64,000 nt of DNA from Sphaerochaetaceae bacterium (lineage in GTDB: Bacteria > Spirochaetota > Spirochaetia > Sphaerochaetales > Sphaerochaetaceae), in assembly GCA_034114085.1 (NCBI GenBank), contig JAXEWB010000024.1:11405-75404 (forward strand), in the 5' to 3' direction. Position 1 is the first letter of the stretch. Every line of letters begins with the position of its first letter. The position numbers and the translations under genes were made by a program. Shown here in pieces: positions 56,117 to 64,000 of the stretch. The notes beneath the pieces are model-generated. The model ran no database searches and was not told the DNA's origin. It was given only the letters and a program-made list of their open reading frames with translations.

Positions 56117-56397
56117 GAATATCTCCTTCTTTCGGTCAAAGGCCGGTATGCTGCGTCATCCATGTGAAATCGTACCGGAGTACTGTCTTCGCTCCTTCCT
56201 TGTCTTGCGACCTTTGCCGTTCGTATGCTTTGCCGCCATCTGCGTCCGTGGCTGTTCCCGGGTGGGTGAGTACTAACAATATAAGAGGCCGGCCCTCTAT
56301 GGCAATATCTCTTTGCGTGATACGGCGGTAATTGTTATTCAATCGCCGCAACCAGGTTCACTAGTAGGGCCGCTGGAAGATTTTCAGGGAAATCCCC

Positions 56398-56426
56398 TTG
56401 ACATGTAATAGCAGTGTTGCTACTGT
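56398..56426 (+). promoter_or_regulatory. candidate promoter for the riboswitch-nrdDG transcript
   Basis: The elements are TTGACA (56398-56403), a 17-nt spacer and TACTGT (56421-56426). Confidence 0.45.
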
Positions 56427-56472
56427 TGATGGTGCACAAGGGTGTCGTATGACACCATATATTGTGTGTATT

Positions 56473-56631
56473 GGTATGGGCGCTGTATAAAGCTCAATAA
56501 GGAAGTGGGGTGTGAGTCCCCCGCGGTCCCGCCGCTGTAACTGGTAAGGACGCAATGAAATATGCCACTGAAGTTTCTTTGGGAAGGCCATTGCGGACGA
56601 TAAGCCGGAAGCCAGAAGACTTGCCTATACC
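56473..56631 (+). promoter_or_regulatory. cobalamin (B12) riboswitch aptamer
   Basis: The conserved blocks are:
- AATAAGGAAGTGGGGTGTGAGTCCCCCGCGGTCCCGCCGCTGTAACTGG
- GCCACTG...GGGAAGGCC
- the B12-box-like AAGCCGGAAGCCAGAAGACTTGCC

The P1 candidate is GGTAT...ATACC. It lies 120 nt upstream of the nrdD ATG. Confidence 0.8.
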
Positions 56632-56753
56632 GGATATGTCGCCACGGAGCATGGCATGGACATACGGTCTCGTTCCGAATACGAATCCTCGGTAGCGTTC
56701 GGTATGTCCCGGTGTCTTGCCTGTGGCCCTTAGCGGAAGACTAGGAGGACAAC

Positions 56754-59111
56754 ATGGTTCAGAGCATCATCAAACGGGATGGCCGGGTCGTTCTGTACGA
56801 TGAACGAAAAATCGCTGACGCAATCATCAAGGCCATGGCCGCCGCGGGTGTGCCGGATCCGGCGGAGCCCGCCGCATCTGTCGCCAATGCGGTTGAAAGG
56901 CATCTGGAAGAGACGTTCGGCACGACGCCCCCTCCCATAGAAGGTATTCAGGACGCCGTAGAACGGGAATTGATGCATCAGGGGTATGACGCCGTAGCAA
57001 AGCAATACATCCTGTACCGCAATGAACGGACGCGCAAACGGGAAATGAACAGCCGGCTCATGAAGATTTTCGATGAGTTGACATTCGCTGATTCCAGGGC
57101 CAGCGACATGAAACGGGACAACGCCAACATCGACGGGGATACCGCCATGGGCACCATGCTCAAATACGGCTGTGAATCGGCCAAGGACTACTACAGCAAA
57201 TACCTGTTGACGCCCGAACAGCGCGCGGCTCATCTTGACGGCTGGATCCACATCCATGATTTTGACTTCTACGCGCTGACCACCACCTGCTGCCAGATCG
57301 ACCTGCTCAAGCTGTTCCATGGCGGTTTCAGCACCGGACATGGTTTTCTCCGGGAGCCGAACGATATCCAGAGCTACGCCGCGCTCGCCTGTATTGCCAT
57401 CCAGAGCAACCAGAACGACCAGCATGGGGGACAGAGCATCGTCAATTTCGACTACGGACTCGCGCCCGGAGTGACCAAGACCTATAGGCGGCTGTATATC
57501 GAGAACCTTCTGAAGTCAATCGATATCCTCAAGGAATTGGAAGGGCTTCAGTGTGAGGTTGGCAAGGACGACCTGAAGCGGATGGTACAGGAAATCCTCG
57601 ACGCCACAGGACTCTATCCGAGGCTGGACACCAATCCATCGTATCTCGCGGAGGAACTGCCCCGCCTGGCCGCCTTGCTTGGCGGAAATGCGGAGGTCGC
57701 CGGGAAGGTCCAGCGGTTCGCGGTGTCCCATACGGAAAGGGAGACCGACCGGGCGACCTATCAGGCGATGGAGGCATTGATCCATAACCTCAACACCATG
57801 CACAGCCGGGCTGGCGCACAGACACCGTTCAGTTCAATCAACTACGGGACCGATATCTCCAGCGAAGGCCGGATGGTCATGAAGAATGTGTTGCTCGCCA
57901 CCGAAGCGGGGCTTGGACATGGAGAGACTCCGATTTTCCCAATCCATATTTTCAGGGTGAAGGAAGGGGTGAACTATTATCCTGAGGATCCGAACTACGA
58001 TTTGTTCAAGCTGGCCTGCAGGGTGAGCGCGAAGCGCCTGTTCCCCAATTTCAGTTTCCTCGACAGTCCGTTCAACCTTCAGTACTACAAGCCGGGACAT
58101 CCTGAGACGGAGGTCTCCTACATGGGCTGCCGTACCAGGGTGATGGGGAATATCCATGACCCGAGTCGAGAAATCGCCAACGGAAGGGGAAACCTCAGCT
58201 TTACTTCCATCAATCTTCCCCGGTTGGCGATGGAGTCCCATGGGGATGAGCGGCTATTCTACGAAAAGCTTGATGCTGCGATGGAATTGGTCGCGGGGCA
58301 GCTCGCCGACAGGTTCGAAATCCAAGCCGCCAAGCATATGCGCAATTTTCCCTTCCTGATGGGCCAGGGGGTCTGGCTTGATTCCGAAACGCTACATCCT
58401 GACGATGAACTCAGGGAAGTCCTCAAGCATGGGACCTTGTCCATCGGCTTTATCGGGTTGGCGGAAACCTTGATGTCGCTGTACGGACATCATCATGGAG
58501 AAAGCGACGCAATGCAGCGGAAGGGGCTTGAAATCGTCGGCCACATGCGGGAGTTCTGCGACAGGCGCAGCCGGGAGACCCAGATGAACTATACGTTGCT
58601 GGCGACTCCCGCGGAGGGCCTTTCCGGACGTTTCGTGCGCATGGACAGGAAACGGTATGGTGAAATCCCCGGAGTCACCGACCGGGAATACTACACCAAC
58701 AGTTTCCATGTACCCGTCTGGTATCCGATTTCCGCGTTCGACAAGATAGCGAAGGAGGCTCCGTACCATGCTCTGACCAACGCCGGGCATATCTCCTATG
58801 TGGAGCTGGACGGCGATACCAGCCAGAACTTGGAGGCGTTCGAGGCCATTGTCCGGGCGATGCACGACGCGGGTATCGGCTACGGTTCCATCAATCATCC
58901 CGTTGACCGCGATCCTATCTGCGGTTACAACGGCATTATCGGGGATGTCTGTCCCTGTTGCGGACGGCATGAGGATGAAGGGGACTACGGTTTTGAGCGG
59001 ATCCGACGTATTACTGGATATCTGGTCGGGACGCTCGACAGGTTCAACGATGCGAAAAAAGCCGAGGAACACGACAGGGTAAAGCATTCTGTGGCGAAGT
59101 TCGGGTTCTAG
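56754..59111 (+). CDS. nrdD: anaerobic ribonucleoside-triphosphate reductase (class III)
   Basis: It has an N-terminal ATP-cone (IIKRDGRVVLYDERKIADAI). The C-terminal zinc ribbon is CGYNG...CPCCG. The glycyl-radical motif is RRITGYLVG. Confidence 0.95.
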   Translation: MVQSIIKRDGRVVLYDERKIADAIIKAMAAAGVPDPAEPAASVANAVERHLEETFGTTPPPIEGIQDAVERELMHQGYDAVAKQYILYRNERTRKREMNSRLMKIFDELTFADSRASDMKRDNANIDGDTAMGTMLKYGCESAKDYYSKYLLTPEQRAAHLDGWIHIHDFDFYALTTTCCQIDLLKLFHGGFSTGHGFLREPNDIQSYAALACIAIQSNQNDQHGGQSIVNFDYGLAPGVTKTYRRLYIENLLKSIDILKELEGLQCEVGKDDLKRMVQEILDATGLYPRLDTNPSYLAEELPRLAALLGGNAEVAGKVQRFAVSHTERETDRATYQAMEALIHNLNTMHSRAGAQTPFSSINYGTDISSEGRMVMKNVLLATEAGLGHGETPIFPIHIFRVKEGVNYYPEDPNYDLFKLACRVSAKRLFPNFSFLDSPFNLQYYKPGHPETEVSYMGCRTRVMGNIHDPSREIANGRGNLSFTSINLPRLAMESHGDERLFYEKLDAAMELVAGQLADRFEIQAAKHMRNFPFLMGQGVWLDSETLHPDDELREVLKHGTLSIGFIGLAETLMSLYGHHHGESDAMQRKGLEIVGHMREFCDRRSRETQMNYTLLATPAEGLSGRFVRMDRKRYGEIPGVTDREYYTNSFHVPVWYPISAFDKIAKEAPYHALTNAGHISYVELDGDTSQNLEAFEAIVRAMHDAGIGYGSINHPVDRDPICGYNGIIGDVCPCCGRHEDEGDYGFERIRRITGYLVGTLDRFNDAKKAEEHDRVKHSVAKFGF

Positions 59112-59113
59112 TC

Positions 59114-59674
59114 ATGACTGTTGAAGCCGCTGAGGCGCTTTTGACGACGCTGGATCCATCGATGGAGAAGATGGAGCTTGCGGGATTCATCGATGACAGC
59201 ATCACCGATGGACCGGGGCTTCGTCTCGCCATATTCGCCCAGGGCTGTCCCCACCGTTGTCCGGGGTGCCAGAACCCCACAACTTGGAATCGCGGCGGTG
59301 GGCGGGTATTCACCGTAGCGCAAGTTGTTGATCGGGTCGCCGCCAACCGGTTGGTCAAAGGGGTCACGTTTTCCGGCGGGGACCCCTTTTTCCAGCCGCG
59401 TCCGTTCGCGCTGTTGGCCCGGTCGCTTCGGGCGGCGGGGTACGAGGTGGCGTGCTATACCGGGTGGACGTTCGAGCAACTGCTTGCAAGCGGCGACCCG
59501 TATGTCCGGGCTTTGCTCCGCATGCTCGATGTTTTGGTCGATGGGCCGTATGTCCAGGCCCTGGGAAGCTATGGCCTCAAGTTTAAGGGAAGCTCGAACC
59601 AGCGCACGTTGGACGTCCAGAAAAGTCTTCAGACGGGTGGTGCGGCGCTGATGCCGGTCGGGCGCTGGAACTAG
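59114..59674 (+). CDS. nrdG: anaerobic RNR activating radical-SAM protein
   Basis: The motif is SITDGPGLRLAIFAQGCPHRCPGCQNP (CxxxCxxC cluster). It starts 3 nt after nrdD. An internal Met (MEKMEL) is an alternative start. Confidence 0.9.
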   Translation: MTVEAAEALLTTLDPSMEKMELAGFIDDSITDGPGLRLAIFAQGCPHRCPGCQNPTTWNRGGGRVFTVAQVVDRVAANRLVKGVTFSGGDPFFQPRPFALLARSLRAAGYEVACYTGWTFEQLLASGDPYVRALLRMLDVLVDGPYVQALGSYGLKFKGSSNQRTLDVQKSLQTGGAALMPVGRWN

Positions 59675-59744
59675 GCCGTCCGTCTGGACGCCATGGAGTG
59701 TGCTCCGTCTGTTTCTTCCGATAGATTTGGGGTATGATTCCCAT

Positions 59745-60086
59745 ATGGATGAAACGTTCTATTCCAAAGTATGCGACCTTGTTCGCCAGATTCCGTCGGG
59801 GTGTGTGGCGACCTACGGATTGATCGCCTTGTTGGCAGGTAGTCCGAGAGCTTCCCGTATCGTCGGCTGTGTCATGGCCAACGCGCCGGAGGGACGCGGT
59901 CTGCCCTGCCACCGGGTAATCTACAAGGACGGCTCCCTCTGCCGTGGCTATGCGTTCGGAGGATGGGAAGAGGGCTTGCAGCGGCTGATGTTGGAGGATG
60001 AAGGCGTCACATTCCTGCCCGACGGCCGGGTCGATGTCGCCCGGCACCTGTGGGCCGGTCCTGCGATCTGTCGTGAACGGCGTTGA
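59745..60086 (+). CDS. MGMT-family protein (methylated-DNA--protein-cysteine methyltransferase DNA-binding domain only)
   Basis: The matching stretch is VCDLVRQIPSGCVATYGLIALLAG...RIVGCVMA...LPCHRVI. The PCHRV active-site motif is present. It is 113 aa, lacking the N-terminal Ada/Ogt domain. Confidence 0.8.
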   Translation: MDETFYSKVCDLVRQIPSGCVATYGLIALLAGSPRASRIVGCVMANAPEGRGLPCHRVIYKDGSLCRGYAFGGWEEGLQRLMLEDEGVTFLPDGRVDVARHLWAGPAICRERR

Positions 60087-60115
60087 TCAATGCTTTTTTT
60101 TGTTCGCTTTGAGCC

Positions 60116-60130
60116 TTTTTTTGGGGGGGG
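60116..60130. repeat. homopolymer tract T7G8 in the intergenic region upstream of the BMP/ABC operon
   Basis: The sequence gagccTTTTTTTGGGGGGGGcttg contains the longest G run I found in the window. A T8 run lies 15 nt upstream (60094-60101). Confidence 0.9.
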
Positions 60131-60326
60131 CTTGCGCCAAAGTTGCGATGGATTGAGATGCCGTCTTCTCTGGTCGGAGACATCCGGTGGTTTGTGTAAA
60201 ACGAATCTCATGCCATCGCCAGCGGTAGGCAATTACTGTTTTTGGAGAATTTCCTTTCAAATTTGGGCTATTCTTGATACAATCGACAATGAGTTTTCTT
60301 TACGACTTGTACATAGGAGGGTTCGT

Positions 60327-61433
60327 ATGAAAAAACTTCTCACTATAGCCATGGTATTTCTTATGGCCATGACTCTTTTCGCCCAAGGCGGCAAAGAAGC
60401 TGCGCCTGCTGCGCAGGGCGGCAAGCCGACCATCCGGTTATTGACCGATGCCACCGGTATCGATGATAAATCCTTCAATGCGGCCGCTTGGCGTGGTATT
60501 GTCGCGTTCTATGGTGATACTGTCGAGAAGCCATCTCAGCGTGGCAAGCTCTACGATGTAGTGACAGCCCAGACCCAGGACATGTATATTCCAAACCTGC
60601 GTCAGGCCGCTGACGAAGATTACGACTTGATTGTAGTGACAGGTTTTACCTGGGCCGATGCGTTGAACGAAGTCGCCCCGCAGTATCCCAGTCAGAAGTT
60701 CGCCATCGTCGACGTTGACTATGTCCTTCATCCGAATGTAGTCGATTTTATCTATTCTGAAGAGCAGGGCTCCTACCTCGTTGGCCTCGCCGCCGCGTTG
60801 CAGGCCAAGGCCGACGGCATCGCCAATCCGAAGTTCGGGTTCATCGGTGGCGTTCCCGGCGCGACCATCACCAAGTTTGAGATGGGCTATATTCAGGGCA
60901 TCCGTTCCGTATTCCCCAATGCTCAGGTTGTCGACTATTATGCGAACGACTGGGGCAAGCCGGAGCTCGCCAAGGCGCAGGCCAAGAACTGGTATGACAA
61001 CGGCGTCTATTGCATATTCAGCGCAGCCGGCGGTACCGGCAATGGAACCATCGCGCAGGCGAAAGAGTACCGGATGCAAGGTAAGAACGTCTGGGCTATC
61101 GGCGTAGATAGTGACCAGTATGCGGATGGTATCTATGATGGCACCAAGAGCGCGGTCCTGACCTCCATGCTCAAGCGTGTCGAAAACTCCACGATCAAGG
61201 CGCTCACCGACGTTGAGAACGGAACATTCGCCGGTGGCGTTGTAAAGATGGGTATGACTGACGACGGCGTCGGCTATTCCACCGCCAATCCTGAACTCTC
61301 CGCCGATGTGATCAAGCAGGTTGATGCGGCGAAATCCGATATCATCAGCGGAAAAATCAAGATTTACCCAACCTACAAGGAAGCATTGGCCGCTGGCGCC
61401 GTTCCCGCCGGGTTGTCCGCTCTTGACGACTGA
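60327..61433 (+). CDS. BMP-family (Med/PnrA-like) ABC transporter substrate-binding protein
   Basis: The signal peptide is followed by LLTDATGIDDKSFNAAAWRGI...VVTGFTWADAL...FIGGVPGATITKFEMGYIQG...IGVDSDQ. A GGAGG RBS precedes the ATG at 60327. Confidence 0.9.
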   Translation: MKKLLTIAMVFLMAMTLFAQGGKEAAPAAQGGKPTIRLLTDATGIDDKSFNAAAWRGIVAFYGDTVEKPSQRGKLYDVVTAQTQDMYIPNLRQAADEDYDLIVVTGFTWADALNEVAPQYPSQKFAIVDVDYVLHPNVVDFIYSEEQGSYLVGLAAALQAKADGIANPKFGFIGGVPGATITKFEMGYIQGIRSVFPNAQVVDYYANDWGKPELAKAQAKNWYDNGVYCIFSAAGGTGNGTIAQAKEYRMQGKNVWAIGVDSDQYADGIYDGTKSAVLTSMLKRVENSTIKALTDVENGTFAGGVVKMGMTDDGVGYSTANPELSADVIKQVDAAKSDIISGKIKIYPTYKEALAAGAVPAGLSALDD

Positions 61434-61460
61434 TTGTCCCATTTGAATCGAACGTGACAG

Positions 61461-61487
61461 GTCGGCATACCCTTGTGGTATGCCGAC
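61461..61487 (+). other. intercistronic stem-loop between the binding-protein and ATPase genes
   Basis: The perfect 11-bp stem is GTCGGCATACC/GGTATGCCGAC with loop CTTGT. There is no U tract, so this is more likely an mRNA-stabilising or partial terminator element than a full terminator. Confidence 0.55.
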
Positions 61488-61616
61488 TCCATATCCCCCT
61501 GGGCGGTGGTCCGTCATTTGCAAGGTTCTCCATCCAGAGGGATAGGGTATGAGGTGTGAGTTCTCGTCCTTCGCGGAGGAATGTGCGCCTGTATTCTTGT
61601 GGTAGGAGGAGTACGA

Positions 61617-63146
61617 GTGTCAGAATATGCGATTGAGATGCTAGGCATCACCAAGACGTTCCCCGGCGTCATCGCGAACGACAATGTGACGCTGCGTGTG
61701 TACGAGCATGAGATACACGCCTTGCTTGGGGAGAACGGCGCGGGAAAATCCACGTTGATGTCAATCCTGTTCGGGGCGTATAGCGCCGATAGCGGCATGA
61801 TTAGAATTCATGGTGATCAGGTCGATATCAAGGATCCGAACATTGCTACTGAACTCGGTATCGGGATGGTTCATCAGCATTTTAAACTGGTGCAGAACTA
61901 TACGGTTACTGAAAATATCGTTCTTGGAATGGAGCCGAGGAACCGGTGGGGCATGTTGGACCTCGCAAAAGCGGAAAGGCGCGTCCAACAGCTTTCTGAA
62001 CAGTATGGACTGTCGGTTGATCCGAAAGCGTTGGTCGAGGACATTACGGTTGGTCAGCAGCAGCGCGTTGAGATTCTCAAAACGCTCTACCGCAATGCGA
62101 ACATCATCATCTTTGATGAGCCTACCGCCGTATTGACACCTCAGGAGATTGACGAATTGATGGACATCTTGCGCCGTCTGAAGGCGGAAGGCAAGACAAT
62201 TGTGCTGATTACCCATAAGTTGAAGGAGATCAAGGCTGTCGCGAACCGTTGTACCGTTTTGCGCCGCGGCAAGTATATCGGCACTGTCGAGGTCGCCGAC
62301 GTCACTGAACAGGATCTCGCGGAGATGATGGTCGGTCGCGCCGTCAAGTTCGAGATTGACAAGTCCCCGATGCATGCGGGCGACGTGATTCTGTCCGTTC
62401 AGCATCTGACCGTCAAGGATGCCTTGGGCAATGTCAAGGTTCATGATCTGAGTGTGGACGTCCGCGCTGGTGAAATCGTCGGTATCGCAGGTGTCGACGG
62501 TAACGGGCAGTCTGAGTTGCTCTACGGGCTTACCGGTTTGTCCCCGGTTGTCGGGGGTAGGGTATTCATCGATGGCGAGGATGTAACCAGCCTGTCGATT
62601 CGTCGCCGTATTGAAAAAGGACTGGGGCATATCCCGGAGGATCGCCAGAAGCATGGTCTTGTCAGTGAGTTCACCGTCAGCGAGAACTGCGCGATCAAGA
62701 ACTACTACAAAGAGCCGTACAGTAATTCTTATGGATTGTTGAACTATCCAAAGATGACCGAGAACGCCGAGCAGCTGATTGAGCAGTTCGATATCCGTGC
62801 CGGAGAGGGGGCGCAAACTCCCGCCGGCAGCCTTTCCGGAGGTAATCAGCAGAAGGTTATCGTCGCACGAGAGATCAGCTTGTCTCCGAAAGTCCTGCTG
62901 ATTGCTCAACCGACGAGGGGGCTTGACGTGGGTGCCATCGAGTATATCCGCAAGCGCATCATCGCGGAACGGGACAAGGGCAGGGCGGTTCTGCTTGTCT
63001 CTTTTGAGTTGGATGAGATCATGAACCTGTGCGACCGGATCGCGACGATCAGCAAGGGCGGCATCGTTGCGATCTGCAATCAGGACGAAGTCACCGAACG
63101 GGAAATCGGCCTGATGATGGCCGGTTCGAGGAAGGCGGAGGCCTGA
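61617..63146 (+). CDS. ABC transporter ATP-binding protein with duplicated ATPase domains
   Basis: Walker A 1 is GENGAGKST and Walker A 2 is GVDGNGQSE. The ABC signature is LSGGNQQKV. The GTG start at 61617 follows a GGAGGAG RBS. Confidence 0.9.
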   Translation: MSEYAIEMLGITKTFPGVIANDNVTLRVYEHEIHALLGENGAGKSTLMSILFGAYSADSGMIRIHGDQVDIKDPNIATELGIGMVHQHFKLVQNYTVTENIVLGMEPRNRWGMLDLAKAERRVQQLSEQYGLSVDPKALVEDITVGQQQRVEILKTLYRNANIIIFDEPTAVLTPQEIDELMDILRRLKAEGKTIVLITHKLKEIKAVANRCTVLRRGKYIGTVEVADVTEQDLAEMMVGRAVKFEIDKSPMHAGDVILSVQHLTVKDALGNVKVHDLSVDVRAGEIVGIAGVDGNGQSELLYGLTGLSPVVGGRVFIDGEDVTSLSIRRRIEKGLGHIPEDRQKHGLVSEFTVSENCAIKNYYKEPYSNSYGLLNYPKMTENAEQLIEQFDIRAGEGAQTPAGSLSGGNQQKVIVAREISLSPKVLLIAQPTRGLDVGAIEYIRKRIIAERDKGRAVLLVSFELDEIMNLCDRIATISKGGIVAICNQDEVTEREIGLMMAGSRKAEA

Positions 63147-63147
63147 T

Positions 63148-64000
63148 ATGAAGAAACTGAAAAAAAACGAGTCGTTCCTCAATCGGGTGCTTGATTCCGA
63201 CGGTGCGATATCCGTCTTGGTCGTCCTGCTTGGCTTCCTCTGCGGGACGATTCTTGTGGCCAGTGTCGGGCGGAATCCTCTGAACATGTACAAAGCTATT
63301 CTTCAGTCGCTGACCGGCTACAATATCGACAATGGCAAGATGAATGTCCGCTATATCGGCGAAACGTTGAACTATTCCGTTCCGTTCATTCTTTGTGGCC
63401 TTTCCATGGCGTTCGCAGCCCGTGCCGGCCTGTTCAATATCGGCGGTGAAGGCCAGTACATCATGGGGTTGACCATTGCGCAGGTAATCGCCTTGCTCGG
63501 TCCCCAGATTCCCGTGTTGCATTGGATTCTAGCGATTCTTGGCGCGGTTCTGGTCGGTGCTGTCTGGGGTGGGGTCGTCGGTATCCTCAAGGCCAAGTAC
63601 GAGGTTTCTGAAGTTGTTTCGACAATCATGCTGAATTACATTTCGCTGTATCTGTCGAGAATCATCTGCCTCCAGCTTCCCGGCGCGACGACCTACAAGA
63701 CTGCGAATTTCCCGTCAAGCGCATTGCTGAGCAACTCGCTTTTTGAAAAACTGACCAATTATTCCTTGCTGAACAACGGCTTCTTCATGATGGTCATAGC
63801 TGTCGTCCTGTACTGGTTCATTATGGAGAAGACAAACCTCGGCTACGGTATGCGCGCTACAGGCTTCAACAAGGAAGCGGCGCGTTGCAGTGGTATTCCA
63901 GTGGTGAAAAGCATTGCGCTGTCCATGGCGATTTCCGGCGCGTTCGCCGGTCTCGCCGGCGGTATCGTCGCTCTCGGTTCATTCAAGTACGGACGTGTTC
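63148..64000 (+). CDS. ABC transporter permease (N-terminal part; continues beyond the right edge)
   Basis: Absent from the ORF track because there is no stop in the window. The ATG lies 1 nt after the ATPase stop. Hand translation gives MKKLKKNESFLNRVLDSDGAISVLVVLLGFLCGT...GLFNIGGEGQYIMG...LGYGMRATGFNKEAARCSGI. This is typical of BMP/ribose-type permeases. Confidence 0.85.
   Translation, partial: MKKLKKNESFLNRVLDSDGAISVLVVLLGFLCGTILVASVGRNPLNMYKAILQSLTGYNIDNGKMNVRYIGETLNYSVPFILCGLSMAFAARAGLFNIGGEGQYIMGLTIAQVIALLGPQIPVLHWILAILGAVLVGAVWGGVVGILKAKYEVSEVVSTIMLNYISLYLSRIICLQLPGATTYKTANFPSSALLSNSLFEKLTNYSLLNNGFFMMVIAVVLYWFIMEKTNLGYGMRATGFNKEAARCSGIPVVKSIALSMAISGAFAGLAGGIVALGSFKYGRV

Noticed and set aside
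56117-56350. Purine, ZTP or other riboswitch in the minus-strand leader of guaA.
   Set aside because: I read the reverse complement and found no match to the guanine/adenine aptamer (no conserved three-way-junction loop sequences) or to the ZTP pfl motif. It contains only generic GC-rich hairpins.
1-64000. Recognisable anti-phage defence, toxin-antitoxin, secretion-system or biosynthetic gene clusters.
   Set aside because: - I found no nuclease/helicase/methylase combinations, Cas proteins, retron-type or other reverse transcriptases, TIR/SIR2/STING-like domains, or small adjacent TA-like pairs.
- The HD hydrolase next to ttcA looks like the widespread housekeeping dNTPase-like family rather than part of a defence locus.

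Overview
This 64-kb window looks like an ordinary chromosomal segment of a moderately GC-rich (about 50-55% by eye) anaerobic bacterium, probably diderm. It carries class III RNR nrdDG, predicted beta-barrel outer-membrane proteins and a BMP-type ABC transporter. The protein sequences remind me of Spirochaetota, but that is an impression only.

I can support about 50 protein genes. Most are housekeeping:
- ackA (truncated at the left edge), murB, cysS and an ECF sigma/anti-sigma pair
- glgA, valS, lon, a U32 peptidase and a C69 dipeptidase
- arcC, recO, recJ, rpsU, serA-like/serC and an Lrp regulator
- mutL, ttcA, an HD hydrolase, alkaline phosphatase and pepC
- guaA, nrdD/nrdG, and a BMP-family ABC transporter whose permease runs off the right edge

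RNA and regulatory features are one tRNA(CAT) with its own promoter and terminator, a cobalamin riboswitch upstream of nrdDG, and several sigma70-like promoters and intrinsic terminators. Three genes are missing from the ORF track and were recovered by hand: ackA, a 58-aa histone-H1/Hc1-like protein, and the ABC permease.

I see no rRNA, CRISPR array, transposase, integrase, prophage or recognisable defence genes.

The items most worth a second look:
1. An array of 12 head-to-tail 20-bp repeats at 45488-45749, plus a second ~38-nt repeat pair, in a 695-bp divergent intergenic region.
2. Two adjacent paralogous genes (469 aa and 1333 aa) for predicted outer-membrane beta-barrel proteins. The larger carries a FecR-like N-terminal domain, a periodic proline-rich linker and an internal duplication of the ~469-aa module.
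3. A GMP synthase whose glutamine-amidotransferase domain is truncated and lacks the catalytic Cys.
4. A DMT transporter with a histidine-rich tail.
5. A DUF1905/C39-like fusion protein next to the tRNA.
6. A T7G8 homopolymer tract upstream of the ABC transporter operon.

All functional calls rest on motif recognition from memory, with no database search. Start codons are my best estimates.
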